A DNA stretch of 64,000 bases, taken from NCBI GenBank assembly GCA_016717115.1, contig JADKGE010000003.1:21037-85036 (forward strand), given 5' to 3'. The notes under the pieces were generated by a model. It was not told the origin of the DNA and made no database searches. It was given only the letters and a program-made list of their open reading frames with translations. The position numbers and the translations under genes are program-made. This document shows, piece by piece, positions 1 through 9,229 of this stretch. This DNA is from Actinomycetota bacterium (GTDB lineage: Bacteria; Actinomycetota; Actinomycetes; S36-B12). Numbering within the stretch: position 1 is the stretch's first letter; the number at the start of each line of letters is the position of its first letter.

Positions 1-232
1 CCTGGTCATCGATATCCAGGTCGGCCCGCGGGTCGGTCACCGGCGCGGCACCACCGCCATCCACCGACCCGGAAGGGCTGGTGGATGGCACGGACCTCTC
101 CGCCAGATCGACCACGATCGGTGAGACATCGATCCCAGCAGGCAGGGCATCGGACCCCGACGCGCACGCAGACACGCCGAGCACGATGAGCGGGATACTG
201 AGCCAGCACTGAACTCGACGTCGGCGGAGCAT
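1..232 (-). CDS. lipoprotein, 5-prime part only (gene continues past left edge)
   Basis: ATG at 230-232 (complement) gives MLRRRRVQCWLSIPLIVLGVSACASGSDALPAG. It has a basic n-region, a hydrophobic core and lipobox VSAC. The frame stays open to the window edge. It is absent from the ORF track because there is no stop inside the window. Confidence 0.5.
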   Translation of the reverse strand, partial: MLRRRRVQCWLSIPLIVLGVSACASGSDALPAGIDVSPIVVDLAERSVPSTSPSGSVDGGGAAPVTDPRADLDIDDQ

Positions 233-239
233 GAGGCGG

Positions 240-638
240 TCAGATCCGCAACGTCGCACGGCACAGTTGGCCATCGGTGCTCATCGCCCGAACGGTGAAC
301 CGATCGCTGCCGGAGCGATCGCGGACGATGTGGTCGACGTCGACCTCGCCCTCGGTATCTGCTGGACGAGATACCTTCAGCACCTGCGAACCGTTCCTCT
401 TGACGACCACGTTCCAGCGCTCGCCAGGTGTTGCACCGTCGATCTCGAAGCCGATGTCGATGACCCCGAACTCGCGCTCGAGGTTCAGGTCCCATCGGGC
501 GCTGGCTGAGCACGTGCCCGTGGTCTCCCGCTCGACCTCCGCGGGGACCCTGGGCGCGGCCGCCGCAGGAGGGGCCAGAAGCCCGGTCGCAGCGAGCGTG
601 GCTCCAGCAGCAATGGCCGTAAATGTCTGCATACGCAC
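240..638 (-). CDS. small secreted protein of unknown function
   Basis: ORF 240..689. Signal-peptide-like RMQTFTAIAAGATLAATGLLAPPAAAAP. GAGAGGA lies about 8 nt upstream of GTG 638 (ATG 632 is an alternative). High GC3. Confidence 0.55.
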   Translation of the reverse strand: MRMQTFTAIAAGATLAATGLLAPPAAAAPRVPAEVERETTGTCSASARWDLNLEREFGVIDIGFEIDGATPGERWNVVVKRNGSQVLKVSRPADTEGEVDVDHIVRDRSGSDRFTVRAMSTDGQLCRATLRI

Positions 639-837
639 GATGTCGTTCCTCTCCCTCGGACAGCGGACTGCTGCCACGGCACTGAGCATCGAGGGTCAAC
701 CTGAGCGGGAGATGAAGTGAAGATGAGCCTTCCTTCAGCCGGTGAGCCGGGCTCGATGGTGGCTTCGGGTGTCCTTGGGCCCCATCGGCTGCTGAGCAAT
801 CGAGCACGGGAACGACGCTTCGTCCACCATTGAGTGG

Positions 838-1008
838 TCAGTTCGCAAGGTCGCACACTCCGACGATGGGCTCTCGTGCGGACTCAACGGACGCGCCGCT
901 GCTGTCGACCAGCACGGCCTCCATCCCGTCGACCATCGCGTCACGAAGGTCCGACACGACCGGCAGGCTGCCGGCCAGGCCCAGGTCCGCGTCGACCGCA
1001 GGAGTCAC
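838..1008 (-). CDS. 56-aa ORF, possible CBS-domain-like remnant
   Basis: Own translation: VTPAVDADLGLAGSLPVVSDLRDAMVDGMEAVLVDSSGASVESAREPIVGVCDLAN. About 84 percent GC3. Below the 60-aa cutoff of the track. Weak RBS. Confidence 0.25.
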   Translation of the reverse strand: MTPAVDADLGLAGSLPVVSDLRDAMVDGMEAVLVDSSGASVESAREPIVGVCDLAN

Positions 1009-1147
1009 CTCACTCAGCGTCGCCGGCCTCGTCAGGATGCGCGATCACCGCACCGCTCATGAGCACGACGCTATCCCCTGCGCTTGTCGCCCGCGCCTTG
1101 TACGCTCCCTAAGACCAAATGCACGAAGCGTGAGGAAGTGGATCGCC

Positions 1148-1582
1148 ATGGATAGGGATGTGCTCGCGCCGGTGGCCTACCTGGCAGTGGAGTTCCCGGC
1201 CGGCCGGGTGACGGGGGAGGGGTTCGCCCTCGTCCACGACCTGGTCGCCCCGGGTGTCATTGCCGTGCTCGACCTCGAGTTCATCGCGAAAGAGGCTGAC
1301 GGCAGCGTCCACAAGGTGCGCCTGGACGACATCGATCACGGGGCGGATGTCGACATCACGCAGTGGCAGGGCGCCTATTCGGGACTGCTGGACCAGGACG
1401 ACGTCGACACGGTTGCCGCGGCCATGCGGTCCGGCGGCCTGACCGGGATCATTGTCTACGAGAACGTGTGGGCTGCGCCGATGCTCGCAGCTATGGATGC
1501 GAATGGTGCACGCCTTGTCGGCTCCGGCAGTATCGACGTCGACGACCTCATCCAGTCGCTGAACGACACCTCGCCAGCCTGA
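1148..1582 (+). CDS. small conserved actinobacterial protein (DUF6325-like, family number from memory)
   Basis: ATG 1148 inside ORF 830..1582: MDRDVLAPVAYLAVEFPAGRVTGEGFALVHDLVAPGVIAVLDLEFIAKEADG. Followed after 26 nt by a SHOCT gene. A truncated paralog lies at 24756. Confidence 0.6.
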   Translation: MDRDVLAPVAYLAVEFPAGRVTGEGFALVHDLVAPGVIAVLDLEFIAKEADGSVHKVRLDDIDHGADVDITQWQGAYSGLLDQDDVDTVAAAMRSGGLTGIIVYENVWAAPMLAAMDANGARLVGSGSIDVDDLIQSLNDTSPA

Positions 1583-1608
1583 GTCCCGCGAATCGAACGG
1601 AGCACCTC

Positions 1609-1884
1609 ATGGGCCTTATCAAGACCGGTATCAAGGCAGCCGTGGCCGTCAAGGTGGGCCACATGGTCCACGATCGAATCCAGACCCGCAAGCAGGCGGA
1701 GTGGGAGGCGCAGGGCAACCCGCAGGGCACCACCCCGCCAAACCTGTTCACCAGCACCCAGACCGCCCCGGCCGCAGCCGATGACCGCCTCACGCGCCTC
1801 GCCCAGCTTGGCGAGCTCCGTGCCACGGGCGTCCTCACCGATGCGGAGTTCGATCAGCAGAAGGCCCTCATCCTCGCAGGCTGA
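1609..1884 (+). CDS. SHOCT domain-containing protein
   Basis: ATG 1609 with GGAG about 8 nt upstream (inside ORF 1363..1884). C-terminal LAQLGELRATGVLTDAEFDQQKALIL is the SHOCT motif. Confidence 0.7.
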   Translation: MGLIKTGIKAAVAVKVGHMVHDRIQTRKQAEWEAQGNPQGTTPPNLFTSTQTAPAAADDRLTRLAQLGELRATGVLTDAEFDQQKALILAG

Positions 1885-2067
1885 GTGCCCCCCGTGAGGG
1901 GATGGCGCTCGGTGGATGCTTATGCGTCACGTACTGGATCGAGGCTGGGCCTGCGCTGCGAAATGCCCCGGATATGCCCCGGAACAAGGCGCAGGTATGG
2001 ACGAACATGCCGAGCTAGGCCGGAGTATGCACGAGTATGAGCTTGACCCTAGAGGGGCAGCGAACGG

Positions 2068-2108
2068 CTCGTAATGCGTAGGTCCGGGGTTCAAGTCCCC
2101 GAGGCGGC
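2068..2108 (+). repeat. tRNA-Thr(CGU)-like 3-prime half, copy 1 (att-type core)
   Basis: Sequence CTCGTAATGCGTAGGTCCGGGGTTCAAGTCCCCGAGGCGGC. It reads as anticodon loop C-U-CGU-A-A, 3-prime anticodon stem TGCGT, variable AGGTC, T arm CGGGG/TTCAAGT/CCCCG and acceptor strand AGGCGGC. The 5 nt upstream (AACGG) cannot pair with TGCGT, and no GCCGCCT acceptor or D arm precedes it, so this is a fragment. Confidence 0.8.
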
Positions 2109-2119
2109 TCGGCCCGAAA

Positions 2120-2142
2120 CCCGTTGCAGCGCAACGGGTTTT
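2120..2142 (+). terminator. hairpin plus T-tract just after the tRNA-like core
   Basis: CCCGTTGC-AGC-GCAACGGG followed by TTTT. The identical hairpin follows copy 2 (36888..36906). Degenerate versions follow copies 3 and 4. Confidence 0.55.
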
Positions 2143-2143
2143 C

Positions 2144-2281
2144 GTATTTGCGAAGGAGTATTTGCGTGTCTAATATCGGTGTTATGTCCCTTTTTAGCAC
2201 TACTGCTATGCACTAGCGATGGACCGCTCGGTCCCGAACTGGGCCCCGCTATGCACTAGAACGCCATTGATTCCAGTGCAT
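2144..2281 (+). repeat. cluster of short direct/inverted repeats (arm-type recombinase site candidates) with no adjacent integrase
   Basis: GTATTTGCG x2 (2144, 2158). GCTATGCACTAG x2 exact (2205, 2248). Inverted AGTGCAT at 2275. Confidence 0.5.
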
Positions 2282-2609
2282 GCTGCACTCTGTAGTGCAA
2301 CCCGGCCGCAGCAACCGCGATCACGACTTCCTTCGGCGCGGGAGCAAGCTATCGATCAGGTCGAGTGAACGTCCTCGGTGACGGATGGCAGGTACCGCGT
2401 GCTCTCGCTTTGCCTGGACCGTGCGGAAGTCCCTCCGCTGTGGCCTGCTCGCCACCTTCGAGGCCCGCACGTTGACGACCGTGCGCAATCGTCGGCCGGG
2501 TGGCGTCCCTTCGCAGGCGTGGCCCCAGTGGGGTGAGGCCATCTCATTGCCAATGGATGGGCGCGTACCTACAGTGAGGCGAAGCCGCATCGCCCGAGGA
2601 GGTACACCG

Positions 2610-3065
2610 ATGGATCCCCGCCCTCCACTCCCTCCCTTCACCGAGGAGACCGCTCGCGCGAAGGTGCAGGCGGCCGAGAACGGCTGGAACACCCGGGACC
2701 CCGAACGCGTGGCCGCCGCCTACACCGAGGACACGGAGTGGCGGAACAGAAGTGAGCACGTCGTCGGCCGGGAGGACGTCGTCGCCTTCCTGACGCGCAA
2801 GTGGGCGAAGGAGCACGACTACGCGCTGCGCAAGAGCCTGTGGGCGTTCTCGGGCAACCGCATCGCCGTGCGCTTCCAGTACGAGTGGCACGACGACGAG
2901 GGCCAGTGGTTCCGCAGCTACGGGAACGAGCAGTGGGAGTTCGACGACCTGGGCTACATGCGTCGTCGTGAGGCCAGCATCAACGACGTCGCGATCGCGG
3001 AGTCGGACAGGCGCATCTTCGGTCCTCGTGATCCGGACGACTCGAGCGACGTACCGGTCTTCTAG
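2610..3065 (+). CDS. DUF1348 / NTF2-like (SnoaL-fold) protein
   Basis: ATG 2610 preceded by GAGGAGG (inside ORF 2385..3065). [40 protein letters not shown]...[20 protein letters not shown] matches the DUF1348 pattern I know. Confidence 0.75.
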   Translation: MDPRPPLPPFTEETARAKVQAAENGWNTRDPERVAAAYTEDTEWRNRSEHVVGREDVVAFLTRKWAKEHDYALRKSLWAFSGNRIAVRFQYEWHDDEGQWFRSYGNEQWEFDDLGYMRRREASINDVAIAESDRRIFGPRDPDDSSDVPVF

Positions 3066-3622
3066 CCTAGGCGCAGCAGGTCGATGACCATCGGCTGGTG
3101 CGGCCGTGCATGGTAGGTCTCCTCGAAGCCGTCCGTCGTCCACCCGAGCCGCTCGAAGAAGCGGACGTTGGCGATCTGGATGTGCGCCTTCATGATCCGA
3201 CCGCCGTGCTCGGCAGCGGTCGACACCGCCAGCCGGACGAGATCCGACCCGAGCTGGTAGACGCGGAACTCGGGCTCGACCGCGAGCCGGTCCCCCTGCC
3301 AGACGTCGCCGGTCCTGTCCAGGGGATAGAGGCGCACCGCACCGACGACGCGCGATTCCGTCGCGCCGACGAGGTGGATCGTGTCAATCCGCTCGTCGAA
3401 CTCGTCGCGGTCGGTGGCCGGGAAGATGGCCTGCTCGACGACGAACACCTGATGTCGAATGGCGAAGTGCTCGTCGAGGTCCTCCGGGGTGAGGGCAGCC
3501 CTGCACTCGGTCCGGAGGAGCGGGACATCGTCTAGGCGAGTGATGTCGGTCCTCGCCCGATGGTGACGGGAACGGCGGTCGGCGCCGGCTCGAGGGACTT
3601 CAGCCCCGAGCAGGCCTGGCAC
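3062..3622 (-). CDS. GNAT N-acetyltransferase, MSMEG_0567/Sll0786 (Nit1C) type
   Basis: [15 protein letters not shown]...VVGAVRLYP...WQGDRLAV...[14 protein letters not shown]. Lies directly downstream of the radical SAM gene. The GTG start at 3622 would overlap that gene by 91 nt, so the true start is uncertain. Confidence 0.7.
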   Translation of the reverse strand: MPGLLGAEVPRAGADRRSRHHRARTDITRLDDVPLLRTECRAALTPEDLDEHFAIRHQVFVVEQAIFPATDRDEFDERIDTIHLVGATESRVVGAVRLYPLDRTGDVWQGDRLAVEPEFRVYQLGSDLVRLAVSTAAEHGGRIMKAHIQIANVRFFERLGWTTDGFEETYHARPHQPMVIDLLRLG

Positions 3623-4725
3623 CGCGCGCAGCCGGCCTTCGTCGTGCCGGCATTCATCCCCCGCAGCGCCATGTAGGCCTGCACCTGTCGGTAGATGGGC
3701 TCGGTGTACTCGCGTGGCGGCGAGGGCCAGTCGGCCATGAGCGAACCGGCGACGGGGCGAAGCGGGACGACCAGCGGGAAGACGCCGATGTCAATGGCCC
3801 GCTTGGCTCCTTCGATCGTGATCTTCGGGTCCTCGCCCATGCCGAGGATGACGTAGGTCGACACCTGCCCCTCGCCGAACACCGCCACGGCTCGCTCCCA
3901 CGCGGCGAAGTAGGCCTCCATGCCCGTGCGCGACTTCGCCGGCGCCACGCGCGCCAGGACCGCGGGGTCGAAGGACTCGAGATGGATGCCGACGGAGTCG
4001 ACGCCCATGTCGCCCACCTCGTTGATCACGTTGAGGTCGAGGGGCGGCTCGAACTGCACCTCGACGGGCAGACCGCTGGCCTCCTTCACCGCCTGGGCGC
4101 ACTTGGCCACGTACCGGGCACCGCGATCGACACCGCGCGAGCTGCCGGTGGTCAAGGTGGCGTCGACGGCTCCATCGAGGTCGCGCGCCGCGACGGCGAC
4201 CTCGGCGAGCATCTCGGGGGTCTTCTTCACGATGGTGCGGCCCGCGTCCAGCGACAGGCCGATGCCGCAGAAGGTGCACTGGTCGTCGTTGCCCCAGTAG
4301 GCGCACGTCTGCACGACTGTCGACGCCAGCGAGTCGAGGTGCAGCAGGGCGATCTGCTCGTACGGGATCCCGTCGGCGGTGGTGAGGTCGTAGAAGGCGG
4401 GTCGCTGCTGGGTGCGAGCGCTGGCGAGTCTCGTCGACCCGAGGTAGACGCCGTAGCCGTCGTCCTCGGCGCGCAGGACGTAGGGCGTGTCCTCGGGCTT
4501 CGCCTTGGGGGCCGTGACGCGGTAGCCGTCGATCCACAGCATCCCGAGGTCGGTGGGCCCGGCGCCGCCGACCCGCTGCTCGATGGGTCCGTCCATCTGG
4601 ACGCCACGTGCCTGGATGTCGATGGTCAGGCTGCTGATGTCCATGGGCCGGGTGAAGCCGGCGAGGAATCGTCCGTCGGCGTCCGGACCCTCGGTGACTC
4701 GTGCGTAGTCCAACTGTGTGGTCAT
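3532..4725 (-). CDS. radical SAM protein, MSMEG_0568 (Nit1C) type
   Basis: 397-aa ORF with ATG 4725. Cys cluster TCAYWGNDDQCTFCGI. The GNAT partner lies immediately downstream, as in Nit1C clusters. Confidence 0.7.
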   Translation of the reverse strand: MTTQLDYARVTEGPDADGRFLAGFTRPMDISSLTIDIQARGVQMDGPIEQRVGGAGPTDLGMLWIDGYRVTAPKAKPEDTPYVLRAEDDGYGVYLGSTRLASARTQQRPAFYDLTTADGIPYEQIALLHLDSLASTVVQTCAYWGNDDQCTFCGIGLSLDAGRTIVKKTPEMLAEVAVAARDLDGAVDATLTTGSSRGVDRGARYVAKCAQAVKEASGLPVEVQFEPPLDLNVINEVGDMGVDSVGIHLESFDPAVLARVAPAKSRTGMEAYFAAWERAVAVFGEGQVSTYVILGMGEDPKITIEGAKRAIDIGVFPLVVPLRPVAGSLMADWPSPPREYTEPIYRQVQAYMALRGMNAGTTKAGCARCQACSGLKSLEPAPTAVPVTIGRGPTSLA

Positions 4726-4836
4726 TCTCGCGCTCCGTTCAGGTTGTGCCGCTTGAGACGACCCCCGCGGTGCCGCTAACTGGATTGATCGAAGGCAACA
4801 TCATAGGAAGGTTGACGGCAAATCGGATAGGAAATT

Positions 4837-5478
4837 TCACGTCGTCTTGTGTCGCCACTCGTCGGCGGTGGCCAGCCACGTGGCCCGGTCGGGGCACTCG
4901 GCCGTCTCGCGCCCGCCTGCGGGATCCACGAGAGTCACGCGAAAGACGGGTTCGCCGGTACTCGGCTGCATGGAGACGGATCGCACCAGTTCGGCGCCCG
5001 AGGCGATGTGGACCTCGACCCATTCCTGGGTGGGCGACATGCCCAGGGTGGCCGCGTCCGGCTCGGACACCGTGACCCAGGCCAGCCCCGCAGCTCGCGC
5101 CTCCTCGACCCTCGTGCTGGTGCGATCCAGCGCGGTGAGCATCAGCAGGGCCCGAAAGCGCTGCGACATGGCCGCATCGACCACCATGTCGAGGTCGAGG
5201 TCCGCGATGGGGAGGGCCTGGCGACTGGCGATCTCCCGGGCGTTGGCCACTGCGGCCGCGTGGCCGCTCTCGAGATCGGCGAGCGTCGAGTCGGCGAAGT
5301 AGGCCGTCAGTTGGCCGATGAGGGTGATGGCGCGCTGGTAGCGGTCGGCGTCGACCATGACGAGCGGGAAGACCTGGTCCTCGGCGGCTCGAAGGCGAGT
5401 CGCCAGCGCGCGGTACTCAGGGGGGATCGCCGACGACTGATCGGCTCCGAATGCGGGGGACGGCGGGATGTTGTTCAC
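4837..5478 (-). CDS. hypothetical protein heading the radical SAM-GNAT operon
   Basis: 213-aa ORF with very high GC3 throughout; I recognise no motif. The GTG start at 5478 lies inside the CACTATAGTG palindrome, so the start is uncertain. Confidence 0.55.
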   Translation of the reverse strand: MNNIPPSPAFGADQSSAIPPEYRALATRLRAAEDQVFPLVMVDADRYQRAITLIGQLTAYFADSTLADLESGHAAAVANAREIASRQALPIADLDLDMVVDAAMSQRFRALLMLTALDRTSTRVEEARAAGLAWVTVSEPDAATLGMSPTQEWVEVHIASGAELVRSVSMQPSTGEPVFRVTLVDPAGGRETAECPDRATWLATADEWRHKTT

Positions 5479-5556
5479 TATAGTGCTGGAACCCTCTCCT
5501 ATCCAGTACGGTTGACCACACCCTATAGGCGCGACTTGCAGTGAGGCGGTGATTCA

Positions 5557-6528
5557 GTGTCGACGACATCTGTCCTTCGCACGGTGGTCATCGCCCTCGG
5601 CGGCAATGCGATCACCGCCGAGGATCAATCCGGAACCTACGCCGAAATGCTGGTCAACTGCCAACGAATGGCGAAGGCGGTGAACGCACTGGTCGACGGC
5701 GGCTGGCGGGTCGTCGTGACCCATGGCAACGGCCCCCAGGTGGGCAACCTGTCCCTCCAGCAGGGTGCGGCCGAGCCCACCGTGCCCGCCCAGCCGCTGA
5801 GCTCGCTGGTGGCGATGACCCAGGGCTGGCTGGGCGGCCTCATCGAGCTGGCGCTGCGCAACACCGGCAGCGCCAGCATGCCGCCCGTCGTGTCGGTCGT
5901 GACGCACGTCGTCGTGGACCCGAGGGACCCCGGATTCCTGAAGTTGACGAAGCCGATCGGCCCCTTCTACGAGAAGGACGCGGCGCAGGCCAGGACGGAC
6001 GAGCTCGGGTGGCAGATGGTGGAGGACTCCGGCCGTGGGTACCGCCGGGTCGTCGCGTCGCCCCACCCCGTGTCGATGCTCGAATCAGACGCGATCGCCA
6101 CCCTCGTCGACAAGGGGTTCCTGGTCATCGCGGCGGGCGGTGGCGGCGTGCCCGTCATCAGGAGTCAAGGCCTCCTCCAGGGCGTCGATGCAGTGGTCGA
6201 CAAGGACCGCGCCGCGGCGATCCTGGCCGCTCAGCTGAAGGCCGACGCGCTGCTGCTGGTGACCGGCGTCGACTCCGTGCTCCTCGACTTCGGGAAGCCG
6301 ACACAGCGCGCACTCCACGATGTGGGAGCCGAGGAGATGCTCCGTCACAACGACGACGGGCAGTTCCCGTCCGGCAGCATGGGGCCCAAGGTGGAGGCGG
6401 CCGTGGAGTACCTCGGCCAGTGCAACGGCCAGGCCGTCATCACGTCGGTCGACAAGATGGTGCCGGCGCTCGAGGGGATGAAGGGCGTGGGCACGAGGAT
6501 TCGACGCACGACGGTGAGGGTTCCGTGA
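5557..6528 (+). CDS. arcC: carbamate kinase
   Basis: VVIALGGNAI...VVVTHGNGPQVGNL...; 323 aa, GTG start. Its stop overlaps the FdrA start (GTGA). Confidence 0.85.
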   Translation: MSTTSVLRTVVIALGGNAITAEDQSGTYAEMLVNCQRMAKAVNALVDGGWRVVVTHGNGPQVGNLSLQQGAAEPTVPAQPLSSLVAMTQGWLGGLIELALRNTGSASMPPVVSVVTHVVVDPRDPGFLKLTKPIGPFYEKDAAQARTDELGWQMVEDSGRGYRRVVASPHPVSMLESDAIATLVDKGFLVIAAGGGGVPVIRSQGLLQGVDAVVDKDRAAAILAAQLKADALLLVTGVDSVLLDFGKPTQRALHDVGAEEMLRHNDDGQFPSGSMGPKVEAAVEYLGQCNGQAVITSVDKMVPALEGMKGVGTRIRRTTVRVP

Positions 6529-8066
6529 CGCCTGTCCAGTCCGTCAAGCTGTTCAAGGACACCTACCTGGACTCCGTCCTCCAGCTCATGGGCACCCGTG
6601 CCATGGAGGGCATGTCCGGTGTCGGCTGGGCGGCGGTCGCCATGTCGACGGCCTCCAACGTCGAGACGCTCTCGGAGCGCGGCTTCCCGTCGACCGAGCT
6701 TGCCGGCGCGTCGCCCGGCGATCTGTTCATCGCGGTCGAGGCGGTCGATGAGCAGACGGCGGCCAGTGCCACCGGCGAGGCCGAAGTGGTCATGTTCTCT
6801 GCGAGGCAAGGGCGCGACACGAGCGGCCAGGCGGCGCCTCGCTCGCTGGAGGAGGCCCTGCGCCAGCAGCCGGCCTCGAACATCGCGGTCATCTCCGTGC
6901 CGGGCGACTATGCGGCCCTGGAGGCGCACAAGGCGCTGGCCAGCGGCCTGGACGTCCTGCTCTTCAGCGACAACGTCTCCCGCCAGGACGAGATCGAGCT
7001 GAAGGAGCACGCGCGGCTGCGCGATCGCCTGCTCATGGGCCCCGGCGCCGGGACGGCCATGCTCGGCGGCGTGGGACTGGCCTTCGCCAACGTCGTGCGC
7101 AGCGGACCGGTCGGCGTGATCGCCGCTGCGGGCACGGGCGCGCAGGAGGCCATGGCCCTGCTGGATCGCTGGGGTGTCGGCGTGTCCCATGTCATCGGCC
7201 TCGGTGGCCGCGACCTCAACGAGGACATCGGCGGGCGCATGGCGCGACAGGCCATCGCCTACCTGAAGGCCGACCCCGGCACGGAGGTCATCCTGTTCGT
7301 CTCGAAGCCGCCGGCTGCGGACGTCGCTCGCGACGTGCTGGCCCTGGCCGACGGCACGCCGCTGATCGCCGCCTTCATGGGGGTGGACACGGGCATGCCC
7401 GTGCCGACCGGCGTCGTCGTCACCGACACCCTCGAGGGAGGTGTGGTGAAGGCGCTGGAGGCGCTGGGCCGCGTGCCTCCGGACACCACGTCGCTCGTCG
7501 GCCCTTCGCTCGACGACGCGATCGCGCGGGTCGACGCCGACCGAACGACGATCCGTGGCCTGTACTCCGGTGGCACCCTCTGCTACGAGGCGCTCGTGCT
7601 GCTGGGCCGGCACTTCGGCGCGGTCTACTCGAACACCCCCGTCGACAAGACGCTGCGGACGCCCGCCCCGGAGCATTCGTCGATCCTCCTCGACCTCGGG
7701 GAGGAGGAGTACACCAAGGGGCGGCCGCATCCGATGATCGATCCGCAGGCGCGTGTCGAGATGCTCGAGGAGCTCGTCGACGACGACGACGTGGCGGTCA
7801 TCGTCATGGACGTCGTGCTCGGGTACGGCTCGCATCCCGACCCGGCGGGCGTGCTCGCTCCTGTCTGCGCGCGCATCATGGCCGACGGCGGCCCGCAGGT
7901 CGTCACATACGTCCTTGGCACAGACGGGGACCCGCAGCACTACCAGGCCCAGGTCGACGTGCTCACCGCCGTGGGATGCATCGTCACCGAGACCGCGGCG
8001 CGGGCCGCCCTCGCGTCGGCAGCCATCGCCGCGCGGAAGCCGGGCGTTGCTAGCGTCAGCCTGTGA
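6525..8066 (+). CDS. fdrA: FdrA family protein (succinyl-CoA-synthetase-alpha-like)
   Basis: GTG 6525 in frame within ORF 6009..8066. VKLFKDTYLDSVLQLM..., VISVPGDYAALEAHKALASGLDVLLFSDNV, GPGAGTAMLGGVGLAFAN, VIGLGGRDL. Confidence 0.8.
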   Translation: MTPVQSVKLFKDTYLDSVLQLMGTRAMEGMSGVGWAAVAMSTASNVETLSERGFPSTELAGASPGDLFIAVEAVDEQTAASATGEAEVVMFSARQGRDTSGQAAPRSLEEALRQQPASNIAVISVPGDYAALEAHKALASGLDVLLFSDNVSRQDEIELKEHARLRDRLLMGPGAGTAMLGGVGLAFANVVRSGPVGVIAAAGTGAQEAMALLDRWGVGVSHVIGLGGRDLNEDIGGRMARQAIAYLKADPGTEVILFVSKPPAADVARDVLALADGTPLIAAFMGVDTGMPVPTGVVVTDTLEGGVVKALEALGRVPPDTTSLVGPSLDDAIARVDADRTTIRGLYSGGTLCYEALVLLGRHFGAVYSNTPVDKTLRTPAPEHSSILLDLGEEEYTKGRPHPMIDPQARVEMLEELVDDDDVAVIVMDVVLGYGSHPDPAGVLAPVCARIMADGGPQVVTYVLGTDGDPQHYQAQVDVLTAVGCIVTETAARAALASAAIAARKPGVASVSL

Positions 8067-9229
8067 CAGACGCCCTGAAGGTCGCGGTCCTCACCTATTC
8101 GACCAAGCCCCGTGGTGGCGTCGTGCACTCGCTCAGCCTTGCCGAGGCCCTCGCCGCGCAGGGCGTCGACGTGCACCTCTTCGGTCTGGGGCCTGCCGAC
8201 GGCGAGTTCTTCCGGCCCACCACGGTCCCCTTCACGCTGTTCCCCGCTCCGGAGACCGCCGAGTCGCTCGAAGACAAGGTCTTCGCCTCGGTCGACGCCA
8301 TGGCGCTGGGGCTGAAGGGGCTGGACGCCGGGTTCGACATCCTCCATTCGCAGGACTGCATCTCCGCGCGGGCCGCCACCCGCGTGCGCGACGACGGCCT
8401 GAGCACGCCCGTCGTGCGGACCGTGCACCATGTCGACGACTTCACCACGCGGGCGCTCATCGACTGCCAGCGGCAGGCCATCCTCCAGCCCGATCACATC
8501 CTCGTGGTCAGCACGCGGTGGCAGGAGATCATGCTCGAGGAGTACGGGAGACGAGCCGACATCGTCCGCAACGGAGTCGATCCCGGCCGGTTCCCGGCGA
8601 TCACGGACGATAGGCGATCCGCACTGCGCGAGTCCGTGTCGGCGGGCGACCGTCGCGTGCTGCTCTCCATCGGAGGAATCGAGCCCCGCAAGGGGAGCAA
8701 CGAGCTGTTCGAGGCACTGGGCATCCTGAAGGAGCGCGGTCTGCGACCCGTCCTGGTCATGCTCGGCGGGCACTCGTTCCAGGACTATGCGGCGTACCGC
8801 GACGCGGCCCTCGCCCGCCTGCCGGAGCTCGGCCTCGAGCTGGGTGTGGACATCGTCCAGGTCGGCACGGTCGACGACGTGACGCTCGGGGAGTGGTACC
8901 GGGCGGCAGATGCTCTCGCGTTCCCGTCGGTCAAGGAGGGCTTCGGCCTGGTGGCACTGGAGGGCCAGGCGGCCGACCTGCCCGTGGTGGCCAGCAGCAT
9001 CCCGGTGTTCGCGGAATTCCTGACGGACGGCGAGAACGCGCTGCTCCCCGAGGTCGGCAACCCGATCGCGATCGCTGATGCGCTCGAGCGCGTGCTGACC
9101 GACTCCGACCTGCGAGCCCGACTCGTCGCGGGTGGCCGTGAGGTCGTGCCGAGATTCGGCTGGGACGCATCTGCCCGGCGACACATCGAGATCTACCGCG
9201 AGGTGCTGGCGGGTCGAGCTCAGTCCTGA
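8063..9229 (+). CDS. glycosyltransferase, MSMEG_0565 (Nit1C-associated) type
   Basis: VAVLTYSTKPRGGVVHSLSLAEALAAQGVDVHLF... with a GT4-like C-terminal half (EGFGLVALEG). GTG start overlaps the fdrA stop. Confidence 0.7.
   Translation: MTDALKVAVLTYSTKPRGGVVHSLSLAEALAAQGVDVHLFGLGPADGEFFRPTTVPFTLFPAPETAESLEDKVFASVDAMALGLKGLDAGFDILHSQDCISARAATRVRDDGLSTPVVRTVHHVDDFTTRALIDCQRQAILQPDHILVVSTRWQEIMLEEYGRRADIVRNGVDPGRFPAITDDRRSALRESVSAGDRRVLLSIGGIEPRKGSNELFEALGILKERGLRPVLVMLGGHSFQDYAAYRDAALARLPELGLELGVDIVQVGTVDDVTLGEWYRAADALAFPSVKEGFGLVALEGQAADLPVVASSIPVFAEFLTDGENALLPEVGNPIAIADALERVLTDSDLRARLVAGGREVVPRFGWDASARRHIEIYREVLAGRAQS

Noticed and set aside
6345-7940. Very long antisense or out-of-frame ORFs. 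Examples: 6345..7940(-), 10269..11000(-), 11038..12177(-), 13280..14701(-), 14536..16194(-), 16524..18422(-), 22720..24117(-), 42097..43248(-), 58174..59241(+), 60153..61244(-), 60587..61759(+).
   Set aside because: They are typical high-GC shadow ORFs. The translations are Arg/Pro/Gly/Ala-rich with no recognisable motifs. Each overlaps a gene on another frame or strand that has clear family signatures.
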